A stretch of DNA of 64,000 nt. Source: a virus. Location of the stretch: IMG/VR virus record IMGVR_UViG_2852667396_000001, positions 2,060 to 66,059 of that record; one strand, given 5' to 3'. Below are positions 47,430 to 57,650 of this stretch, in pieces. Each line of letters starts with the position of its first letter. Positions within the stretch are counted from its first letter, which is position 1. The notes below the pieces were generated by a model. The model had not been told where the DNA came from. It did no database searches and saw nothing but the letters and a program-made list of their open reading frames with translations. Both the position numbers and the translations under genes were made by a program.

Positions 47430-48194
47430 ATGCGCAAGCACATCATTGCGTCCATCCAGGCGCACGCGGCGGCGGAATATCCGCGCGAGTGCTGCGGCCT
47501 GCTGCTGGCCGTCGGGCGAGCGCAGAAGTATTACCCGTGCCGGAACATCGCCACGGATCCGAACGAAGAGTTCAGGCTCGATCCCGAGGACTACGCCGCG
47601 GCGGAAGACTTTGGCGAAGTGATCGGCATCGTTCACTCACACCCGGACGCCACCAGCAGACCGTCACCGCACGACCTGGCCATGTGCGAGGCCACGGCCT
47701 TGTCCTGGCACATTCTGTCGTGGCCCGAGGGCGACATGCGCACGATCACGCCAACGGGCAGTACTCCTTTGCTCAAGCGCCCGTTCGTGCACGGCGCCTG
47801 GGACTGCTGGCAGGTCTGCGCTGACTGGTATCAACGTGAGTGGGGCCTTGAGTTCGAAGCATTCCAGCGCACCGATGGTTGGTGGGAGAGTGCGGAGAAC
47901 GCCAGCCTGTACGAGGCGAACTACGAGGCTGCAGGTTTCGTGCGTGTCGACCGCCCACAGCGTGGCGACATGATCGTCATGCAGGTTGGCCGCACCGTTC
48001 ACCCGAACCATGCCGGGATCTATCTGGGCACTGATCCGGCGCTACCTGGCGAAGAGTCGGGCGCGTTCGGCCCTGGCCCGTTCCTACTGCACCACCTGTA
48101 CGGCAGGCCTTCCGAGATCATCGTCTACGGCGGGCCCTGGCACGATCGAACGCGCCTGATCCTCAGGCACAAAGACGCAAGACAACCAACATGA
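47430..48194 (+). CDS. Tail assembly protein K-like (JAB + NlpC/P60)
   Basis: ECCG, VHSHPD, DCW, NHAGIY. Confidence 0.9.
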   Translation: MRKHIIASIQAHAAAEYPRECCGLLLAVGRAQKYYPCRNIATDPNEEFRLDPEDYAAAEDFGEVIGIVHSHPDATSRPSPHDLAMCEATALSWHILSWPEGDMRTITPTGSTPLLKRPFVHGAWDCWQVCADWYQREWGLEFEAFQRTDGWWESAENASLYEANYEAAGFVRVDRPQRGDMIVMQVGRTVHPNHAGIYLGTDPALPGEESGAFGPGPFLLHHLYGRPSEIIVYGGPWHDRTRLILRHKDARQPT

Positions 48195-48219
48195 CGCGGC
48201 ATGGCCGCAGGGGTGAACT

Positions 48220-48462
48220 ATGCTAGGCAGCCAAAGCTATACGCTGACAATTCGAGATCTGTTTACCGTTTCCAGCGAGGGGGTTAGCGGCGCCGAGGCC
48301 GTGGTTTCCATTTTGGATGGCTCGCTCGAAATCGATCAGATCAGACTTTCTGGCAAGGTGGGCCCTGGCGAAAGCGTTTATCGCCGGGAGTACAAAGGAA
48401 AGCCAGGGTTGAAGGCTGAGCTTCTGACAGGGACCGGTCAGATCACGTTTACGGCGATCTGA
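48220..48462 (+). CDS. Small hypothetical moron
   Basis: 80-aa ORF with RBS. Confidence 0.6.
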   Translation: MLGSQSYTLTIRDLFTVSSEGVSGAEAVVSILDGSLEIDQIRLSGKVGPGESVYRREYKGKPGLKAELLTGTGQITFTAI

Positions 48463-48472
48463 CCTAGAAACA

Positions 48473-48685
48473 TCAGTTGCGCGGCTCTTCCTCTATGATG
48501 AATTCATCAGTGCCGGGTAAGTGGAAAATGTAGCTGGCCTTGTAACCCTCTCCCATGGCCCGCGCTCTGGCTTCTGCAGCGGCTTTAGTTGGGAACGCCC
48601 CCACCATGATGATTGGTTCGTCGCGTACTACACCCCATGTATAGATCCAGTCCTTTTTGCTTTGCGTGTATTCGTCGTTGCTCAC
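48473..48685 (-). CDS. Small hypothetical moron
   Basis: GGAGG RBS. Confidence 0.6.
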   Translation of the reverse strand: MSNDEYTQSKKDWIYTWGVVRDEPIIMVGAFPTKAAAEARARAMGEGYKASYIFHLPGTDEFIIEEEPRN

Positions 48686-48768
48686 ATTGACCTCCAGGTC
48701 ATAAATGCGCCGATATTGGCGCTATCCCAGTCCTTGGGCTTGCAGGCGAAGGACTGAGGAAATCCTTG

Positions 48769-49014
48769 TTAGCTGAGCTGTACAGGGGCCATAAGTTTGA
48801 TGTCGATCCGATCTAGGTGACCGTCCTCACCGCGAACAACCTCAAGCGGCATGCCAGGAACAAGCTGCTGGGTAACTACCCAGCCACCACGGAAGAAGTA
48901 TTTAACTTCAATCGGTACTGCCAGACCTTTGAAATTAAGGGTCAGCTTTTTGCCGACCTGTGTCCGCTCAAGTGCGTCTTGAATTTCTTGTGAAACCTCT
49001 GCGTTTCGAGTCAT
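48769..49014 (-). CDS. Small hypothetical moron
   Basis: GGAGG RBS. Confidence 0.6.
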   Translation of the reverse strand: MTRNAEVSQEIQDALERTQVGKKLTLNFKGLAVPIEVKYFFRGGWVVTQQLVPGMPLEVVRGEDGHLDRIDIKLMAPVQLS

Positions 49015-49166
49015 TAGCAACCTCCGCCAGAAGGCACAAAGCTACTACGGCGGAACCCGATCCAGTTACTGGCATTCCATCCACGCTGGATGCCCGGACA
49101 GGTCTGGCGCATAGAGCTGTCATATGGCTATCATTCGCTCTACTGTTAGGGTCAGTGGAGGGCTTT

Positions 49167-50078
49167 ATGCCAGAGAAAGGAGTCAGAAATAGGTATTCGC
49201 AATCGCCATTTCAAATTTTAATGTATGACGACGCGGGTATGACTTCGACAGGGTCGGGTTTTTTTTATGAGTTTAAAGGAGAGACTTATTTAATAACTAA
49301 TTGGCATAATCTCAGTGGTAAGCACTTTCTGACAAAAGAGCCACTTTCTAATAGGTTTCCTACATTAATCGACTTAAAGCTCGCCACCTACATTCCTCAT
49401 GAAAGTGGTGATCGTTATGTATTTACTTCAGTGGCTCACAGGCTAAATCTTTATAACGAGTTTAAGCCCGTATGGTTCGAACATCCGTCACTGGGTGAGC
49501 GGTGTGACGTGGTTGCGATAAAGTTTACTAAGCCGACCGATTGCAATGAACAATTCCATGTGCCGGTAAATAAAATCAGCAAGCTTAGAGTGCCGGTGAT
49601 GCCAGGTAATACCGCATTTGTCATAGGCTTTCCGAGTTCGATAAGCACGGGGTTTGGCTTGCCGCTCTGGAAGTCGGGGTTCATCGCTTCTGAGCCCTAT
49701 TATGGAATTACGAGTGGTGGAAGCATATCTCGGATAGGAGGGCTGGCTGACGGTGTTGAGCTTCCTGCTTTCTTTCTGGACACTCAAACTCGACAAGGCA
49801 TGTCCGGAGCTCCCGTATTCTGTTCCTTTACAGGAACATGGGGGGTCAATGATCCGTACGAAGAAATCAACATTGAGGCCCCGGGATTTTGGAATAGAGT
49901 TGACGTTGCCTTTAACGAGACAAGGATGGAGTTTATTGGGTGTTATAGCGGACGCATTGGTAAGGAGGAGGAAGGGGCTGCGCTCGGAATTTGCTGGGGT
50001 GTAGAAGTAATTGACGAAATATGCTCTGCCCAAAAGCCTGGAAAGAATCCGCATTTCAACGAGCTCTCGGATTGCTAG
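49167..50078 (+). CDS. Trypsin-like serine protease (moron)
   Basis: GSGFF...LITNWH (His), CDVV (Asp), GMSGAPV (Ser); AT-rich. Confidence 0.82.
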   Translation: MPEKGVRNRYSQSPFQILMYDDAGMTSTGSGFFYEFKGETYLITNWHNLSGKHFLTKEPLSNRFPTLIDLKLATYIPHESGDRYVFTSVAHRLNLYNEFKPVWFEHPSLGERCDVVAIKFTKPTDCNEQFHVPVNKISKLRVPVMPGNTAFVIGFPSSISTGFGLPLWKSGFIASEPYYGITSGGSISRIGGLADGVELPAFFLDTQTRQGMSGAPVFCSFTGTWGVNDPYEEINIEAPGFWNRVDVAFNETRMEFIGCYSGRIGKEEEGAALGICWGVEVIDEICSAQKPGKNPHFNELSDC

Positions 50079-50182
50079 GAGACTCTGGAACAAATTGAAT
50101 ATGCGAATGATCCAGCCCGCGCTGGGCTTTTTGCATTCACTCCCCCAGTGCTACAGTCCCGCCAAACCAAAGAGGGAACAAC

Positions 50183-50527
50183 ATGCGGATTTTGATAGCG
50201 GCGGTAGCGGTGGTGGTGCTGGCGGGGTGTACCACACCTGGCGACCTGAAGTCGGGAAAGGCTACCATCAGCGCGTCTTCGAGTAAGGAGCCGAAGCAAT
50301 ACGCACTTTGCGTCATGCCAAAATGGCAGGATGCTCGCTCGGGCGCCACGATGACTGAAACGGCAAATGGTTACAGGCTCATCGTCGCGACCGACTCGAC
50401 GGCTGAGGAGCTTCTTGAGGTGAATCGGTCACCGAAAGGCAGTAACGTTGCACTTTATCAACGGTTGTCCTGGGCGCCTGGTTACGGCCGATCAGCCATT
50501 GAACAGGCAGTTCGCGACTGTCTTTAA
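50183..50527 (+). CDS. Lipoprotein moron
   Basis: Lipobox LAGC; own terminator. Confidence 0.8.
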   Translation: MRILIAAVAVVVLAGCTTPGDLKSGKATISASSSKEPKQYALCVMPKWQDARSGATMTETANGYRLIVATDSTAEELLEVNRSPKGSNVALYQRLSWAPGYGRSAIEQAVRDCL

Positions 50528-50581
50528 CGAACAACCGCATCGAGCCGCCTCCGGGCGGTTTTTTATTGCCCGGAGAAAACC

Positions 50582-51169
50582 ATGGCAGCGCTCGCAATCG
50601 AATACCAACCACTCACCACCATTCTTCTTTTCGGTCAGTTACGCCAGTTCGGCCGATCCTTCAGGCTGTCTGTGAGAACCACAGCAGAGGCAATCAAGGC
50701 TCTTTGCGTGCAAGTTCCTGGCTTCGAGCGCTTCTTGTCAAATGCCAAGTCCCGAGGGATAGAGTTCGCGGTATTCAGGGGGAAAAAGAATATTGGAGAG
50801 GGTGAGCTCTCTTTTGGCGGAGAAGGAGACATCCGCATTGCCCCAGTGATTACTGGTAGCAAACGAGCGGGGATTCTCCAGACGATTGTTGGTGTAGTCC
50901 TGCTCGCTATTTCGTACGTATTCCCGGTCACCGCGCCGTATCTGGCGCCGGCAGGCATCGGCCTCGTCGCAGGCGGTGTTATCCAGATGCTCAGCCCCCA
51001 AGCCGGCGGACTGAAGACCAGCGCGGCGCCTGAGAACACTCCCGGCTATGCCTTTGGCAGCGCCAAGAACACCACGGCCTCCGGCAATCCTGTCTCGCTG
51101 TGTGCCGGCCGCCGGCGATGGGGTGGTGCAATCATCAGTGCCGCCATTTACGCCGAAGACCAGATGTAG
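50582..51169 (+). CDS. Tail assembly protein I-like
   Basis: AEAIKALC, IRIAPVITGSK, GGAIISA. Confidence 0.9.
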   Translation: MAALAIEYQPLTTILLFGQLRQFGRSFRLSVRTTAEAIKALCVQVPGFERFLSNAKSRGIEFAVFRGKKNIGEGELSFGGEGDIRIAPVITGSKRAGILQTIVGVVLLAISYVFPVTAPYLAPAGIGLVAGGVIQMLSPQAGGLKTSAAPENTPGYAFGSAKNTTASGNPVSLCAGRRRWGGAIISAAIYAEDQM

Positions 51170-51228
51170 CCAACAGCCGAAAAACTGAAGCCGCCCAAGA
51201 GGCGGTTTTTTTATGCCTGGAGAAAAGC

Positions 51229-54200
51229 ATGGGCGCAGCACGCAAGATCGATGTTTATGGCGCCAAGGGCGGTTCCGAGAAGCCTAAAACCCCAACCGAG
51301 GCACCAGACAGCCTGCGCTCCGTCGCAATTGCGAAAATGCTTATTGCTGTGGGTGAGGGCGAGTTTGATGGTGCTCCTACCGCCAAGGACATCTTTCTCG
51401 ACAACACACCTCTGCAAGACCCGCAGGGGAACATGAACTTCCCGAACGTGAAGTGGGAGTGGCGCAGCGGGGCTGTGGACCAGTCCTATATCCAGGGCAT
51501 CCCATCGGTCGAGAACGAAACAACCATCAGCACCGAGCTGCGCAGCGGAACGCCATGGGTTCGCGCGATCACCAATACACAGCTCTCGGCTGTCCGGGTG
51601 CGGTTTGCGTGGCCTGCGCTCCAGTCGGTCGACTCCGGCGGCAACATAAACGGTTACACGATCGGGTATAAGGTCGAGCTGGCAACGGATGGGGGCACGT
51701 ATCAGGAGGTTTTGAACGAGGCTGTGTCCGGCAAGACCACCAGCCTGTACGAGCGGACCCGCCGCATCAATCTGCCGCGCGCGACCACCGGGTGGCTGCT
51801 GCGCATCACTCGACTGACGGCCAACCAGAACAACAACAAAATTTCGGACACCATGCAGATTGCGGGCTTCACCGAGGTGATCGACGCCAAGATCCGGTAC
51901 CCGAACACCGCGCTGCTTTACATCGAGTTTTCTGCTGAGCAATTCCGCAGCATCCCCGCCGTGACGATCGAGTGTGATGGTCGGAAATGGCAGGTGCCAA
52001 GCAACTACGACACCAGGTCGCGCACCTACACGGGTGTCTGGGACGGAACCTTTAAGGAAGCCTGGACCGACAACCCTGTTTGGCACACTTACGGCATCAC
52101 CACGAACGACCGCTTCGGCCTGGGCCGCCGCATCAAGCCGTGGATGGTGGACAAGTGGGAGCTGTACCGCATCTCGCAGTATTGCGACCAACTGGTGCCG
52201 AACGGGAAGGGTGGCCAGGAGCCGCGGTTCATCTGCAACCTGAATCTGCAGAGCAAGGCTGATGCCTGGTCTCTGCTGCGTGACATCTCCACCATCTACA
52301 GGGGTATGACTTACTGGGCCCAGGGACAGGTGTTCACCCTCGCGGATATGCCGCGCGCTACCGACTTCGACTTCGCCTACACCCGGGCGAACGTCATCGA
52401 TGGAAAGTTCACTTACTCCAGTGCGTCGGAGCGCACGCGCTACACGCGGGCGTTGATCAGCTACGACAACCCGCTGAACAACTACGACACCGATGTCACA
52501 GCTGTGACCGATGCCAAGCTGCAGCGGCGCTATGGCGACAACCCGCTGGAGATCAGCGCAATCGGCTGCACCCGCGAATCCGAGGCCCAGCGCCGCGGTA
52601 AGTGGGCACTGCTCACCAACTCCAAGGACCGCGCCGTCACTTTCAAGGTCGGCCTCGATGGGCGCATTCCGCTCCCGGGCTACGTGATCCCGATCGCGGA
52701 CGAATTGCTGGCGGGTCGGCCGGTGGGCGGGCGCATCTCGGCTGTGAACGGCAAGGTCATCACCCTGGACCGAGATACCCAGGCCAAGCCCGGCGACCGG
52801 CTGATCCTCAACCTGCCAGACGGCAAGTGTGAGGGCCGCACCGTGCAGCTGGTCAGTGGCCGGCAGATCACCGTGACCGTGGCTTATTCCGTGCCGCCGG
52901 AGCGTGAACTGGTGTGGGCGCTGGATGCTGACGACCTGGCCATCCCGCTGTATCGCGTGGTCAGCGTGGCGCGGCCGGAGCCTGGCGTGTTTGAAATCTC
53001 GGCTGTGCAGTACGACCCGAGCAAGTTCGATCACATCGACACAGGCGCTCGGCTGGAAGAGCGGCCGATCAGTGTTGTGCCTATCACCGTCGTTCCGGCG
53101 CCGGCAAGCGTCACGCTCACATCGAGCTACGCCGTGAACCAAGGCATCGCCATCAGCACCATGAACATCTCGTGGCCGGCCGTGGCTGGTGCTGTCGCCT
53201 ATGACGTGGAGTGGCGCAAGGACAGCGGCAACTGGATCAAGGTGCAGCGCACAGGCTCGACGAGCGTGGACGTCACCGGCATTTACTCGGGCGCCTACCT
53301 GGCCCGTGTACGATCGGTGAGCGCGTTCGAGATCTCGTCGATCTGGAAAAGCTCGAACCTGACCAATCTGGAAGGGAAGGTCGGCCTACCGCCGGCGGTT
53401 TCGTCCCTGACCACCACCAGCGAACTGTTCGGTATCGGTATCAAGTGGGGCTTCCCTGCTGGCGCCGAGGACACCCAGCGCACCGAGCTGTGGTATGGCC
53501 CTGCAAACAACCTGACGGCGGCGACCAAACTGGCGGACCTGGCATATCCGCAACACGATTACCGTATGCAGTCGCTTCTGGCTGGCGCCACGCTGTTCTT
53601 CTGGGCTCGCCTGGTGGACCGTACCGGCAACGTCGGGCCGTTCTATCCGGTGGTCAACGGCGTGATGGGCCAGGCCAGTTCGGATGCAAGTCCGGTGCTG
53701 GAATTGCTGACTGGGAAAGTGACCAAGACCCAATTAGGTCAGGACCTGATCAGCGAACTGGATGGTTTGCAGGATCAGATCGACAGTCTTGATGGTCTGG
53801 GCGGTTATGTCTCTACGCAGATCTACCTGAAAGGGCAGATGGTGGTGGAGGCGGACCGCATCTACCAGGCCAAACAGAACGTCCCGGTGAATAACCCGCC
53901 GCCCAACGCTACTTATTGGTTGGACGTAGGGCAGTCGGTGGAGACGGCCAACGGACTGGCGCAGCAGGTCACCACCAACACGACCAACATCACCAAGCTC
54001 GATGGAGTAGTTACCGCCCAGGCCAGCACCACCAACTCTCTGCGGGCGTCGGCGCGTGACGACAGTGGCAGCGGCGCGAAGGCTGATGCGCTCAAGGGCT
54101 GGGCCAGCACCGCCGCCATCGTTCAGGAGAGCAAGGTTAGGGCAACTGCCATTGAGGCAGAGGCGACCAAGACCACGCAGTTGCAGGCGACAGTCGGCCA

Positions 54201-54687
54201 GAACACCGCTGCGATTCAGGAGACCTCTTCGGCGCTGGCCAACACCAATGGCCAATTGTCGACGCTCTGGTCGGTGAAGATGGAAACCACGGCCGGCGGC
54301 CAGAAGTACGCCGCGGCGTTTGGCCTGGGCCTGCAGGTCGATCCTTCCGGAGTGTCGTCTCAGTTCGTGGTCAGGGCTGACACATTCATGTTGTTGAACC
54401 TGACGAACGGCGCGCCGGTATCTCCGTTCTCAGTATCTGGCGGGCAGACGTTCATAAACTCCGCATTTATCCAGGACGGAACCATTACCAACGCTAAGAT
54501 TGGTGATTACATCCAGTCAAACAACTATGTTTCCGGGGTTTCTGGTTGGAAGTTGTTCTTCGATGGAACATTCGAGATCAATAGTTCGCTGGGGCCTGGC
54601 CAGGCAAGGCAAGTTATCAACAGTAACGGCGGTAGCGTTTTCGACGAAAACAACCAGATTCGTTACCAGTGGGGGAAGCTTCCATAA
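51229..54687 (+). CDS. Tail tip / host specificity protein J-like
   Basis: GAKGG, YPNTAL, WTDNP, FIQDGTITNAKIG. Confidence 0.93.
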   Translation: MGAARKIDVYGAKGGSEKPKTPTEAPDSLRSVAIAKMLIAVGEGEFDGAPTAKDIFLDNTPLQDPQGNMNFPNVKWEWRSGAVDQSYIQGIPSVENETTISTELRSGTPWVRAITNTQLSAVRVRFAWPALQSVDSGGNINGYTIGYKVELATDGGTYQEVLNEAVSGKTTSLYERTRRINLPRATTGWLLRITRLTANQNNNKISDTMQIAGFTEVIDAKIRYPNTALLYIEFSAEQFRSIPAVTIECDGRKWQVPSNYDTRSRTYTGVWDGTFKEAWTDNPVWHTYGITTNDRFGLGRRIKPWMVDKWELYRISQYCDQLVPNGKGGQEPRFICNLNLQSKADAWSLLRDISTIYRGMTYWAQGQVFTLADMPRATDFDFAYTRANVIDGKFTYSSASERTRYTRALISYDNPLNNYDTDVTAVTDAKLQRRYGDNPLEISAIGCTRESEAQRRGKWALLTNSKDRAVTFKVGLDGRIPLPGYVIPIADELLAGRPVGGRISAVNGKVITLDRDTQAKPGDRLILNLPDGKCEGRTVQLVSGRQITVTVAYSVPPERELVWALDADDLAIPLYRVVSVARPEPGVFEISAVQYDPSKFDHIDTGARLEERPISVVPITVVPAPASVTLTSSYAVNQGIAISTMNISWPAVAGAVAYDVEWRKDSGNWIKVQRTGSTSVDVTGIYSGAYLARVRSVSAFEISSIWKSSNLTNLEGKVGLPPAVSSLTTTSELFGIGIKWGFPAGAEDTQRTELWYGPANNLTAATKLADLAYPQHDYRMQSLLAGATLFFWARLVDRTGNVGPFYPVVNGVMGQASSDASPVLELLTGKVTKTQLGQDLISELDGLQDQIDSLDGLGGYVSTQIYLKGQMVVEADRIYQAKQNVPVNNPPPNATYWLDVGQSVETANGLAQQVTTNTTNITKLDGVVTAQASTTNSLRASARDDSGSGAKADALKGWASTAAIVQESKVRATAIEAEATKTTQLQATVGQNTAAIQETSSALANTNGQLSTLWSVKMETTAGGQKYAAAFGLGLQVDPSGVSSQFVVRADTFMLLNLTNGAPVSPFSVSGGQTFINSAFIQDGTITNAKIGDYIQSNNYVSGVSGWKLFFDGTFEINSSLGPGQARQVINSNGGSVFDENNQIRYQWGKLP

Positions 54688-55022
54688 TGCCTTACGGAGC
54701 AAGAGTGTGGGGGCCGACCGGCCTCCTTGAATTAGATGAGAACTCATTCACTGTCGGCGTTACCTACTCGGAGATAGTTCAGTCAAGCGGGCAAACCGTT
54801 AGAACTAGATTTATATCTATTGCTGGTGTTGATCCATCAACGCATTCAGCAGTCTGCGTCCCCGTCGGACGGTATGACACGACGGCACAAAATCGCTCGG
54901 CTATTCAATACATACCTATAGTTAACGCGGGTGGAGTAACTGTCTACTACGGAAATCCCGACACCAACACTGGGCCACTCGGAACTAGCCCTCAGAGGCT
55001 GCTGGTAATGAGGTACAGATAA
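54687..55022 (+). CDS. Tail tip accessory protein
   Basis: Coupled to J; YGARVW. Confidence 0.7.
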   Translation: MPYGARVWGPTGLLELDENSFTVGVTYSEIVQSSGQTVRTRFISIAGVDPSTHSAVCVPVGRYDTTAQNRSAIQYIPIVNAGGVTVYYGNPDTNTGPLGTSPQRLLVMRYR

Positions 55023-55679
55023 ATGGGTTACGGGATAAAGTTCACAAATAACTCAAATACAGTAACGCTGGACTCAGAGTTTTCTCGTCTTGTCGTATTG
55101 GAGAAAGGGAGTTGGAATGGTACCGGATCCGGGGTATCTGTTCAGTTTGCAAAGCCGGTTACCACGGCTGAGCCACCGCTTATATTTGTTAGGCCTGGAC
55201 TGTCGACTACCCTTTGCTTCTGCACAGTGCAAGGGTCATCCGGCTACTGGACGGGATTCTCGTTCAGGGGCATCGTCGGGCAAGCAACCTATGGAAACTG
55301 GTTCATCGGTGCTTTCAAGGCTGAGCCAACTGCAACGTATGGTTTCAGGTTGTGGGATGCAGCAGGAAAGCTACTTTTCGACAGCGGAACGCCATGCGCT
55401 CAATTCACTCGAAGCATAAGTAGATGGAGCTACCTCGGCTCCTCTAGCGATCCGCAAGGGCAAACTGTCCTTAGATGGACGGCCCAGTCGCCTCTTTCTG
55501 GTGGCGATTATATGCTTTTAAATAATGTGGCTATGGATATAGCAGGCGGCACGTCAAGGCAAGGTAACTTATATGCGATATGGGAATACCAAAACGATCG
55601 ACTTGTAATGCGAGCAGTTGGCGTTGATTTAAGGATTGCATTTTTTGTGACTATTGTTTTTGCTAAGCCAGTATCTTAG
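55023..55679 (+). CDS. Tail tip accessory protein
   Basis: YGIKFTN, YGFRLWD..GKLLFDS. Confidence 0.7.
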   Translation: MGYGIKFTNNSNTVTLDSEFSRLVVLEKGSWNGTGSGVSVQFAKPVTTAEPPLIFVRPGLSTTLCFCTVQGSSGYWTGFSFRGIVGQATYGNWFIGAFKAEPTATYGFRLWDAAGKLLFDSGTPCAQFTRSISRWSYLGSSSDPQGQTVLRWTAQSPLSGGDYMLLNNVAMDIAGGTSRQGNLYAIWEYQNDRLVMRAVGVDLRIAFFVTIVFAKPVS

Positions 55680-55740
55680 TTGGTTAATACTGGCTTTTTG
55701 CTGTGAGCTTGCATTGTTCTATTACTATTCGGAGAATTAT

Positions 55741-56496
55741 ATGGTTTGGCAAAGAGCCGGAACAGTGTCTGTTCAAAACGGCAGCACGACAGTTACAGGG
55801 GCGGGCGTGGATTTCGCTGCGTCCTCCAGGGTAGGGGATTCGTTCATCGGCCCTGATGGCGCAAGCTATGAGGTGGTCAACGTAGCAAGCGATACGGTGA
55901 TCTCGATCCTGCCTGCCTACAAAGGCGCAACAGTCAGCGGTGCGGCCTATGCCATTATGCCTGTGCAGGGCTACGACAAAATGCTGTCTGATGCCTTCAA
56001 TTCTCTAAATAATCAGTTTGGGCCGAAGCTTGCAGCTCTCGGCACAACTGGTAACTACGAGACGCTGCCTGTTGCCAAAGGTGGTACAGGAGGAAATACG
56101 CAAGCTTCGGCTAGGGCGGCTTTGGGAGTTGATGTTACTTTAGCTTCCGCGATTCTTGATCCGGCTAGCGGCGGGTTAATGTCATCTTCCGTAGTCAGCG
56201 GATTTACAATAGTTAAATTTGCTAACGGTATAATGTGCATGATGGTCGCTTTGCCCGATACCGCACAGATAGCAGCCAATGGAAGCTTAAATAGCTCGGT
56301 CACAATTCCAAGCGGGTTTATTTCAGCAGCTGCTATATATCCGCAAGTTATTGCAACGGGCGCTACGACAGTAGACCACTACGGAGTGGGTAACTACTAT
56401 GTTGCTAACTCAACCTCTTTTAACTTCGGTATAAAAAATGGGGCAACGGCCCAAGCCTTTCAGGTTAGGGCGATAGTCTGGGGGCGCTGGAAATGA
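55741..56496 (+). CDS. Tail fibre-like protein
   Basis: WQRAGTVSV, LPVAKGGTG, KFANG, GRWK. Confidence 0.8.
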   Translation: MVWQRAGTVSVQNGSTTVTGAGVDFAASSRVGDSFIGPDGASYEVVNVASDTVISILPAYKGATVSGAAYAIMPVQGYDKMLSDAFNSLNNQFGPKLAALGTTGNYETLPVAKGGTGGNTQASARAALGVDVTLASAILDPASGGLMSSSVVSGFTIVKFANGIMCMMVALPDTAQIAANGSLNSSVTIPSGFISAAAIYPQVIATGATTVDHYGVGNYYVANSTSFNFGIKNGATAQAFQVRAIVWGRWK

Positions 56497-56855
56497 AAAT
56501 TAAACTTTGGGCGGATTTGGTTGATTGGCCGCTGGTAGCTACGGTTTCTGGCGATGTGATTACAATTAACGGAGAGTCCATCGACCTGTCTGGCATTCAC
56601 GATGGCTACCGGCTGCCCGGTAGCGCAGTCGGAAACAAGTTCTTTGTTGAAACCGAGTATGTAGAGCGGATCGGTAAGACATTGCACTTTACCTTGCGCC
56701 TACCGGTCCACTGGGATAGCCCGGAAGAGTACCGCAGCCCGTCCGAGCCTATTATTATTGATGTCCATAGCGGGCCTGTGAAGTTCCCCGTTACTACACC
56801 CTTGGCATCACCGCCCGCTCTATTGCCCGAAGTACAGGAGAACCAAAATGGTTGA
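56493..56855 (+). CDS. Tail fibre-associated protein
   Basis: GDVITINGESIDLS. Confidence 0.7.
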   Translation: MKIKLWADLVDWPLVATVSGDVITINGESIDLSGIHDGYRLPGSAVGNKFFVETEYVERIGKTLHFTLRLPVHWDSPEEYRSPSEPIIIDVHSGPVKFPVTTPLASPPALLPEVQENQNG

Positions 56856-57057
56856 CCTGAGCAAGCTTGAACTGATCAAAACTGAGCAGGATATGGCTGA
56901 CTTGAACAGCTTGGGCCAGGCGCGCGCCTACTTGAAGGAAACCAACTGGCACGCCTTCGCACTGATCGAGGAAGGTACACCCATACCGGAAGACATCAAG
57001 TCCGCACGCAGTGAAGCCAGGGCTACCATCTCAAGGCTTTCTCGGCCCAAAACCTAA
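56848..57057 (+). CDS. Small tail fibre assembly-like protein
   Basis: ARAYLKETNW...R.EAR. Confidence 0.65.
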   Translation: MVDLSKLELIKTEQDMADLNSLGQARAYLKETNWHAFALIEEGTPIPEDIKSARSEARATISRLSRPKT

Positions 57058-57116
57058 CGTCCCTCAGAGCACAGTAACCCGCAAATGAGCGGGTATTTTT
57101 TTGCCTGGAGAAAAGC

Positions 57117-57650
57117 ATGCCGATCACTGAGCCCCAGTTACTGCAGATACTCCCGAACGCCGGCCGCCAAGCCGGCGTTTTTGTTCCTGCCCTCAACACA
57201 GCCATGAACCGTTACGGCATTGTCGGTTCACTCCGGGCTGCCGCTTTCATAGCCCAGATTGGGCACGAGTCGGGACAGCTGCGCTACGTTCGCGAGATCT
57301 GGGGCCCCACCGAACAACAGGCCGGTTACGAGGGCCGTGCCGACCTGGGCAACACTGTGCCGGGCGATGGCTCCAAGTACAGAGGCCGGGGCCTTATCCA
57401 GATCACTGGACGGGCGAACTATGCCGCGTGCGGGGAGGCGCTGGGCCTGGACCTCATCAGCAAGCCTGAACTGTTGGAGCTGCCACAGAACGCGGCGATA
57501 TCGGCGGCCTGGTTCTGGTCTACCAAGGGCCTGAACGCGCTGGCTGACCAGGGCGAGTACGTGAAGATCACCAGGCGTATCAACGGTGGGATCAATGGAC
57601 TGGCAGACCGCCAAGCGCTGTACGACAAGGCGCTGGAGGTGCTGGCGTGA
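57117..57650 (+). CDS. Endolysin, glycoside hydrolase family 19
   Basis: AQIGHES, YRGRGLIQITGRANY, RRINGG. Confidence 0.93.
   Translation: MPITEPQLLQILPNAGRQAGVFVPALNTAMNRYGIVGSLRAAAFIAQIGHESGQLRYVREIWGPTEQQAGYEGRADLGNTVPGDGSKYRGRGLIQITGRANYAACGEALGLDLISKPELLELPQNAAISAAWFWSTKGLNALADQGEYVKITRRINGGINGLADRQALYDKALEVLA

Noticed and set aside
51211-53142. 643-aa minus-strand ORF
   Set aside because: Antisense shadow of the GC-rich J gene; no motifs or RBS.
54687-57057. Diversity-generating retroelement or invertible tail-fibre shufflon
   Set aside because: No reverse transcriptase, invertase, template repeat or inverted crossover sites seen.
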